Shown in pieces: positions 58,391-64,000 of a DNA stretch of 64,000 nucleotides (its first letter is position 1; each line of letters starts with the position of its first letter). The position numbers were made by a program, and so were the translations under genes. The stretch is from assembly GCA_043825875.1 (NCBI GenBank), contig JBDRRF010000024.1, forward strand, positions 24,759 to 88,758. The letters are read 5' to 3'. The DNA is from Pseudomonadota bacterium (GTDB lineage: Bacteria > Desulfobacterota > Desulfobacteria > Desulfobacterales > RPRI01). The notes beneath the pieces were generated by a model. It worked only from the letters and a program-made list of their open reading frames with translations. It ran no database searches and was not told the DNA's origin.

Positions 58391-58418
58391 AACGTCATCG
58401 GCTTTATCCGATGACGTT
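58391..58418. repeat. Perfect hairpin before the GNAT RBS
   Basis: AACGTCATCGG-N6-CCGATGACGTT. Confidence 0.6.
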
Positions 58419-58435
58419 TACATGGAGACCATAAT

Positions 58436-58951
58436 TTGACAAGCAAAGAAAAAAAAATTAACTCCATTAATAATTTAACTTTTCGCGAAAACCCAATAGA
58501 AGACGACATAGAAAAAGTCGGGGCAATAGTTGAACAAACGGGCTTTTTCTCGGAAAGCGAGATTGAAATTGCAAAAGAGCTTGTAGGAGAAAGACTTTTA
58601 AAAGGCATTCAAAGCGGGTATTATTTTTTATTTGCAGAAAGCAAAAAAAAATTTGCAGGTTATACCTGCTTTGGGCCTGTTGCCGGAACCCTGTCAAGTT
58701 TTGATCTTTACTGGATTGTTATTGATAAAAGTTTTCAGGGGCAGGGAATAGGTAAACTTCTTAACACAATGACTGAAGATATTATCAGAAAAATGGGCGG
58801 ATCAAGAATTTATGCCGAAACATCTTCAAGACCGCAGTATGAACCAACCCGTGCTTTTTATCATCATGCAGGATATAAGGAGGCTGCATATCTGGAAGAC
58901 TTTTATGCTCCCAATGATGGAAAGATAATTTTTGTTAAAAGGATTGATTGA
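58436..58951 (+). CDS. GNAT acetyltransferase
   Basis: LYWIVI...QGQGIGK, AETSSRPQY, RAFY..AGY; GGAG RBS. Confidence 0.9.
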   Translation: MTSKEKKINSINNLTFRENPIEDDIEKVGAIVEQTGFFSESEIEIAKELVGERLLKGIQSGYYFLFAESKKKFAGYTCFGPVAGTLSSFDLYWIVIDKSFQGQGIGKLLNTMTEDIIRKMGGSRIYAETSSRPQYEPTRAFYHHAGYKEAAYLEDFYAPNDGKIIFVKRID

Positions 58952-58952
58952 T

Positions 58953-60377
58953 TTGCCGGATTTAAATAAAAACAAAATTCCCGAAAAAATAAAAAAAATA
59001 CATTTAATTGCTGTGTGCGGAACCGGAATGGGAGCTCTTGCCTGCATGCTTAAAGACTTGGGCTATGAGATTACAGGTTCTGATGATAAGATATATCCTC
59101 CTATGAGCGATTTTCTTGCAGAAAAAGGAATTGCTCTTATGCAAGGTTTTAGTGCTGATAATCTTTCTTACAATCCTGATCTTGTTGTTGTAGGAAATGC
59201 GGTTAGAAGAGAAAATCCCGAAGCAGTCAGGATGGCAGAAAAGGGTTTATGTTACTGTTCCATGCCCCAGGCCTTAAACCGGTTTGCAGCAGCAGGTAAA
59301 AACAGCCTCATTGTTATAGGTACTCATGGAAAAACAACAACAACATCCATACTGGCATGGGTGCTTTACAAAGCAGGCCTTGATCCATCCTTTATGATAG
59401 GTGGCATTACAAAAAATTTTAACAGCAATTACAGGATAGGGAAAGGGAAGTATTTTGTTGTGGAAGGCGATGAATATGACACTGCTTTTTTCGACAAAGG
59501 GCCAAAGTTCCTTCATTTTGACCCGTTAATAGCAATCCTTACAAGCATAGAATTTGATCATGCCGATATATTCAGGGATCTTGATCATGTGAAAGAAACT
59601 TTCGGCAAAATGATAGAAAAGATGTCTCCTGATAGCAGTCTTATAGCGTTTGATACTGATAACAATATCAACTCCCTTTTAAGCAAAAGTAATTGCAGAG
59701 TAGAGAAGTACGGGAAAAACAGCGCTTCCGATTGGAAGCTTGGTTCATTTAAAATTGAATCGCCCTGGACGTTTTTTGAAGTAATGAAAAAGAGAAAAGC
59801 ATTCAAAACATTTAAGACAAAACTTGTAGGTGAGCATAATTTGCAAAACGCTCTTTCTGTTATTGCTGCTGCCGATAGTCTCAATATCCCGGTTGATACA
59901 ATACATGAAGCTCTTGAAACATTTGAGGGAATAAAAAGAAGGCAGGAAGTACGCGGAGAAAGAAAAGGCATTACCGTAATGGATGATTTTGCCCATCATC
60001 CAACTGCCGTAAAAGAAACTGTAAAAGCCCTAAAACCTTTTTACCCTAAAGGGCGGCTGATTGCTGTATTTGAGCCGAGAACAAATTCAAGCATGCGAAA
60101 GGTTTTTCAGGATGTATACCCACTGTCATTTGATGATGCTGATATCATTTGTATAAGCAAACCACCTCTTCTTGAAAAGATACCTTTTGATGAAAGGTTT
60201 TCTTCTGAAAAACTGGTAGAGGATCTTAAGACAAAGGGAAAAGACGCTTATTTTTTCAACAACACGCAATCCATAATTGATTTTCTTGTAAAAACAGCAA
60301 AATCAGGCGATCTTATCCTTATAATGTCAAACGGAGGCTTTGAAAATGTTCACGAAAGACTATTGGCTGCTCTTTAA
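58953..60377 (+). CDS. mpl: UDP-MurNAc:L-Ala-gamma-D-Glu-mDAP ligase (murein peptide ligase)
   Basis: AVCGTGMG, GTHGKTTT, EGDEYDTAFFDK, DDFAHHPTAV, MSNGGF. Start uncertain (TTG at 58932, 58944 or 58953). Confidence 0.92.
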   Translation: MPDLNKNKIPEKIKKIHLIAVCGTGMGALACMLKDLGYEITGSDDKIYPPMSDFLAEKGIALMQGFSADNLSYNPDLVVVGNAVRRENPEAVRMAEKGLCYCSMPQALNRFAAAGKNSLIVIGTHGKTTTTSILAWVLYKAGLDPSFMIGGITKNFNSNYRIGKGKYFVVEGDEYDTAFFDKGPKFLHFDPLIAILTSIEFDHADIFRDLDHVKETFGKMIEKMSPDSSLIAFDTDNNINSLLSKSNCRVEKYGKNSASDWKLGSFKIESPWTFFEVMKKRKAFKTFKTKLVGEHNLQNALSVIAAADSLNIPVDTIHEALETFEGIKRRQEVRGERKGITVMDDFAHHPTAVKETVKALKPFYPKGRLIAVFEPRTNSSMRKVFQDVYPLSFDDADIICISKPPLLEKIPFDERFSSEKLVEDLKTKGKDAYFFNNTQSIIDFLVKTAKSGDLILIMSNGGFENVHERLLAAL

Positions 60378-60389
60378 GGGATAAAGTGA

Positions 60390-60560
60390 ATGAAAATAAA
60401 TAAGGAAGGGACATATATTCTTTGCCCTAAAAAGGGAAACCCTAAAAAACATACTTTTGTATGCCAGCAATGCCGTTATCGTAATAGTTGCAAGTCATAC
60501 CAGAGATATCTTCAACCCGAATTGCCTTTTCGTTCATATCGAACAGTGAAAAGGGATTAA
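60390..60560 (+). CDS. Small Cys-rich protein (56 aa, below ORF-track cutoff)
   Basis: MKINKEGTYILCPKKGNPKKHTFVCQQCRYRNSCKSYQRYLQPELPFRSYRTVKRD; starts 13 bp after the mpl stop with AAGGGA upstream. Confidence 0.6.
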   Translation: MKINKEGTYILCPKKGNPKKHTFVCQQCRYRNSCKSYQRYLQPELPFRSYRTVKRD

Positions 60561-60790
60561 TCACATTCAATCATAATACCGCAGCCATCACACCGATAGA
60601 TGGTTTTGGCATTTTCTGAAGACTTTACTTCTTCAAAATCATAATATTTTTCACCCCGTGCCTCAAAACATTCCGGGCAGTATCCATCCTCAAGTTCATC
60701 AGCTTTTAGCGTCAGATGACAGTGAACGCATCTGATCCGGTTACTTTTTTGCGGCAGCAGTACAAGTATATTATGTTTGCATTCAGACAT
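60557..60790 (-). CDS. Small multi-CxxC (zinc-ribbon-like) protein
   Basis: CKH, CVHC, CPEC and CDGC in 77 aa. Confidence 0.7.
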   Translation of the reverse strand: MSECKHNILVLLPQKSNRIRCVHCHLTLKADELEDGYCPECFEARGEKYYDFEEVKSSENAKTIYRCDGCGIMIECD

Positions 60791-61084
60791 GCCGGGTATT
60801 TTAGTTTACTGCTTATAATAAATCAAGAGCCCCCTTTCCTTTATTCTGAAAGGGTTTTGGTATGTACGACTTGAAAATATGCGTTTTGCTAAGATATTCT
60901 GTGCCGGTATTAAAATAATAATGCCATATCAATAATAATCTGGTAATATCTATCAGATAAAATCACATTTCAGTTACAAATTTGTAATATAATATTACAT
61001 TATTGTTCATATAAATAATTCATATGAATGCTTATATATGCATAACTATCTAAATTATCAATTATATAGTATCTATAAAATTTT

Positions 61085-61100
61085 TGGCATGGCTGTTGCT
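61085..61100 (+). promoter_or_regulatory. Sigma-54 promoter of glnD
   Basis: TGGCATGGCTGTTGCT near-consensus, 30 bp before the ATG. Confidence 0.8.
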
Positions 61101-61130
61101 TTTTAAGTTAACGAAAAGGGAAAACAATTT

Positions 61131-63785
61131 ATGATTATAGGCGCCAAGGAAAATTTACATAGAATCAATATCAAGTACGAAAATGCAGCAGAGACATTGC
61201 GGCGGGAAAGAGAAAAGCTTTATTCGGAATCTCTGAAAGAATATTCGCCGGTGTTTCTCGAAAAGCATTCGAGACTTATGGATAATTATTTTTTCGAAAG
61301 CTTTGAGAAAAGTAAAATAGGGCCTGTTATGGCGATTGGTGGGAACCCTTTTGCAATAATTGCTCTTGGTGGTTACGGTCGTGAAGAACAATGCCTTTTT
61401 TCAGATGTTGATCTTCTTTTTCTTTTCGAAAACAAAATTCCTGAACATACCGAAAAGCTTATAAAGGAGGTTGTATATCCTTTATGGGATATTGGCCTTG
61501 AGGTTGGCTATGCAACACGTTCTTTGAAAGAATGCATCAGCCTTGGCGGAAGTGATTACCAGGTACTTACATCAATGCTGGATGCCCGTTTTGTATGCGG
61601 GATGTCATTTCTGTATTCAAGACTTATGGAACAGCTTCATAACAAAATTCTTAATAAAGACTCCAGGCGTATTATCAAATGGCTTGTTGAAAGCAATTCA
61701 TTACGCCATCAGCGTTTCGGTGATTCGGCTTATATGCTTGAGCCCAATATAAAGGAAGGTCAAGGGGGGCTAAGAGATTATCATACCATTCTCTGGATAG
61801 CGCGTATTATCTCCGATATTAAAAAACCAAGAGATCTTGAATACTATGGTTACCTATCCCACAATGAGTTCAATAATCTTTCAGAATGCCTTTCTTTTGT
61901 ATGGCATGTAAGAAACAGACTGCACCGCCTTGCAGAGAGAAAATGTGACCAGCTGTATTTTGAATACCAGACAAAATTGGCCAATGCGTTAAAATTCAAG
62001 CTGGAAAACGGCCATAAGCCTGTGGAGAGATTTTTAGGAGAACTTCACGGCAAAATGGAATTTATAAAACAGCAGCTTATGATGTTTCTCTATGAATTCG
62101 GCTATGATAAAAAGCTGCTACGCAAAAGAAAGCTTTTAAAACAAACAAAAATAGATGGTCTTGAAGTAACACAAAGAGGCTCACTTAATTTTACTTCTTC
62201 TGCAAAAATACCGACTGATCCTGAGTTGTTGATAAAAATATTTGAGGAAAGTACTAATCTTAAAATTCCATTAAGTGCTGAATCCAAGAGACTGGTAAAA
62301 GAATTTGGATACCTTATAGATGACACTTTCAGATCTTCGGATTCGGTTATCAGGTCTTTTGAAAAAATTCTTGTTTCAGCACCTGCTTCATTTAATGTTC
62401 TTGCTGAAATGTTAAACACAGGCTTTCTGGAACATTTCATTCCGGAGATTAAAGGAATAGTAAACAGAATCCAGTTTAATGAATATCATATTTATCCCGT
62501 TGACAGACATTCTTTGCGTACGGTTCGTACTATTAAACATTTCGGTACCAAAGATGACATAACCGGAGACTGGCTATGTGGTAATGTATACCAGGAATTG
62601 AAAAACAAAAAACTGCTTTTATGGGCAGCTCTTTTGCATGACATCGGAAAAGGAGAATCAGGGGGAGGACATTCCAAACGTGGCGCAAAAATCGTACATG
62701 CTATTTTGTCCAGGATGAAAATCAAACAAAATAAGATTGATACGGTAGTATTTCTTACTAAAGAACATCTTACGCTTATAAAGACTGCTACAAGAAGAGA
62801 TATTAATGATGAAGAAACCGCTGTTTTCTGTGCCGGGCTGATCAAAGACACTGAACTTTTAAAGATGCTTTATCTCCTTACCGTTGCAGATTCCATAGCC
62901 ACAGGACACAAGGCCTGGAACAACTGGACTTTTTCTTTATTAAGAGAATTTTTTTTAAAAGTACTAAACATAATGGAAAAAGGAGAGCTGGCATCAAGCG
63001 AAGCTTTTGGACGTATTGAAAGCAAAAAGCAAAGATTATTAAATTCTATTCGATCCGCAAAAACCGAACATGATGTTGAAAATCACATAAACGCTCTTTC
63101 GCCAAGATATCTTCTGTCCACACCGGACCATGACCTCTTAGAACATTACAGGCTCTATAGTACTCTTGGCACATCCGAATTTGTCTGGAAAATAGAAAGT
63201 CATTTAGAATCAGATACAAGAATCGTTACTATCTGCGCCAAAGACAGGCCCGGCCTTTTTTCCAAAATAGCAGGAGTTTATACTTTAAACGGTCTTGATA
63301 TATTAGACGCAAAAATCAACACATGGAAAAACGGTATCGCTCTTGATATTTTCACTCTTAAGCCGCCGGCCGATCAGATATTTGAGGAAAATAAATGGGC
63401 GAAAGCCAAAGTAACTCTTGAATCGGCACTTTCCGGCAAATTGGAGCTTACATCTGCTATCAAAGAAAAGCTCTCAGAGATATCTTATCCTAAACCGCAT
63501 TTGACAGGTAAGATGCATAAAATAAATATAGATAACAACAGTTCAAGTTTTTTTACAATTATAGAGGTATTTTCATATGATTTCCCTGGGCTTTTATACA
63601 AAATTACAAATGCGTTGTTTTCATGCAGATTGGATATAAAACTTGCAAAAATCGCAACAAAAATAGACCAGGTTGTTGATGTTTTTTATGTGATTGATTT
63701 TGATGGGCAAAAAGTTGATTCAGAAGACCAGGTATCTTCAATCAAAGCTGCAATATCAGAGGTAATTACAAAAACGGTTTTATAA
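61131..63785 (+). CDS. glnD: [Protein-PII] uridylyltransferase
   Basis: ALGGYGR..SDVDL, EPNIKEGQGGLRD, LLHDIGKG, two ACT domains (DRPGLF, DFPGLL). Confidence 0.96.
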   Translation: MIIGAKENLHRINIKYENAAETLRREREKLYSESLKEYSPVFLEKHSRLMDNYFFESFEKSKIGPVMAIGGNPFAIIALGGYGREEQCLFSDVDLLFLFENKIPEHTEKLIKEVVYPLWDIGLEVGYATRSLKECISLGGSDYQVLTSMLDARFVCGMSFLYSRLMEQLHNKILNKDSRRIIKWLVESNSLRHQRFGDSAYMLEPNIKEGQGGLRDYHTILWIARIISDIKKPRDLEYYGYLSHNEFNNLSECLSFVWHVRNRLHRLAERKCDQLYFEYQTKLANALKFKLENGHKPVERFLGELHGKMEFIKQQLMMFLYEFGYDKKLLRKRKLLKQTKIDGLEVTQRGSLNFTSSAKIPTDPELLIKIFEESTNLKIPLSAESKRLVKEFGYLIDDTFRSSDSVIRSFEKILVSAPASFNVLAEMLNTGFLEHFIPEIKGIVNRIQFNEYHIYPVDRHSLRTVRTIKHFGTKDDITGDWLCGNVYQELKNKKLLLWAALLHDIGKGESGGGHSKRGAKIVHAILSRMKIKQNKIDTVVFLTKEHLTLIKTATRRDINDEETAVFCAGLIKDTELLKMLYLLTVADSIATGHKAWNNWTFSLLREFFLKVLNIMEKGELASSEAFGRIESKKQRLLNSIRSAKTEHDVENHINALSPRYLLSTPDHDLLEHYRLYSTLGTSEFVWKIESHLESDTRIVTICAKDRPGLFSKIAGVYTLNGLDILDAKINTWKNGIALDIFTLKPPADQIFEENKWAKAKVTLESALSGKLELTSAIKEKLSEISYPKPHLTGKMHKINIDNNSSSFFTIIEVFSYDFPGLLYKITNALFSCRLDIKLAKIATKIDQVVDVFYVIDFDGQKVDSEDQVSSIKAAISEVITKTVL

Positions 63786-63859
63786 AGCTTTGTTGAAATA
63801 TAACTGTAGCTATCCAGCTTTATATTTTTTCTGTGTTATCTGAGTAAATGTAAATTAAT

Positions 63860-64000
63860 GAGCCACTTTCAAAACGTTTCAGTTTGGTCAAGCTCAAGGC
63901 GGGAGAAAATTTCAACCGCAGGAATACATTAAGTATTTCGAGGATTGAAATTTGAGCCCAACGCAGAGATCGGCCAAAATGGGGCGTTTTGAAACTGGCT
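63860..64000 (+). mobile_element. MITE-like element, family A copy 3 (runs off window end)
   Basis: Near-identical to the 13101 and 16202 copies; left flank TAAT. Confidence 0.9.

Noticed and set aside
58285..58608. 107-aa minus-strand ORF
   Set aside because: Antisense to the GNAT; its LNPRILDPLNP tail is just the octamer repeat.
1..64000. Many 60-180-aa shadow ORFs, tRNA/rRNA genes and transposases
   Set aside because: Shadow ORFs overlap well-supported genes and lack motifs; no tRNA, rRNA or transposase signatures were recognised by eye.

Overview
AT-rich bacterial chromosomal window; the gene content and many sigma-54 regulators suggest a Desulfobacterota/deltaproteobacterium (inference). 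It holds an orphan modA, a 4-hydroxybenzoyl-CoA-reductase-like Mo-hydroxylase trio with a divergent sigma-54 activator, a heterodimeric ABC exporter, and an MSHA/type IV pilus locus split by a toxin-antitoxin + AAA-ATPase islet. Further on are an AbiE TA + AAA-ATPase islet, housekeeping genes (nadE, trmJ, ndk, aspS, hisS, hemL, htpX, mpl, glnD) and an arsS-type radical SAM/glycosyltransferase cluster. The strongest novel signal is a lysine 2,3-aminomutase (KamA) operon with two Ddl-like ATP-grasp ligases and a GNAT. It is preceded by a 96-aa ORF that is a free-standing copy of the KamA N-terminal extension, with a shared DEPPSL motif kept through synonymous codon changes. This is a candidate precursor, carrier or regulatory peptide system. 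Also present are ~143-bp miniature elements that share a strand-specific hairpin core but have different terminal repeats. I saw no rRNA, tRNA, CRISPR array or transposase. All family calls come from motifs read by eye; no searches were run.
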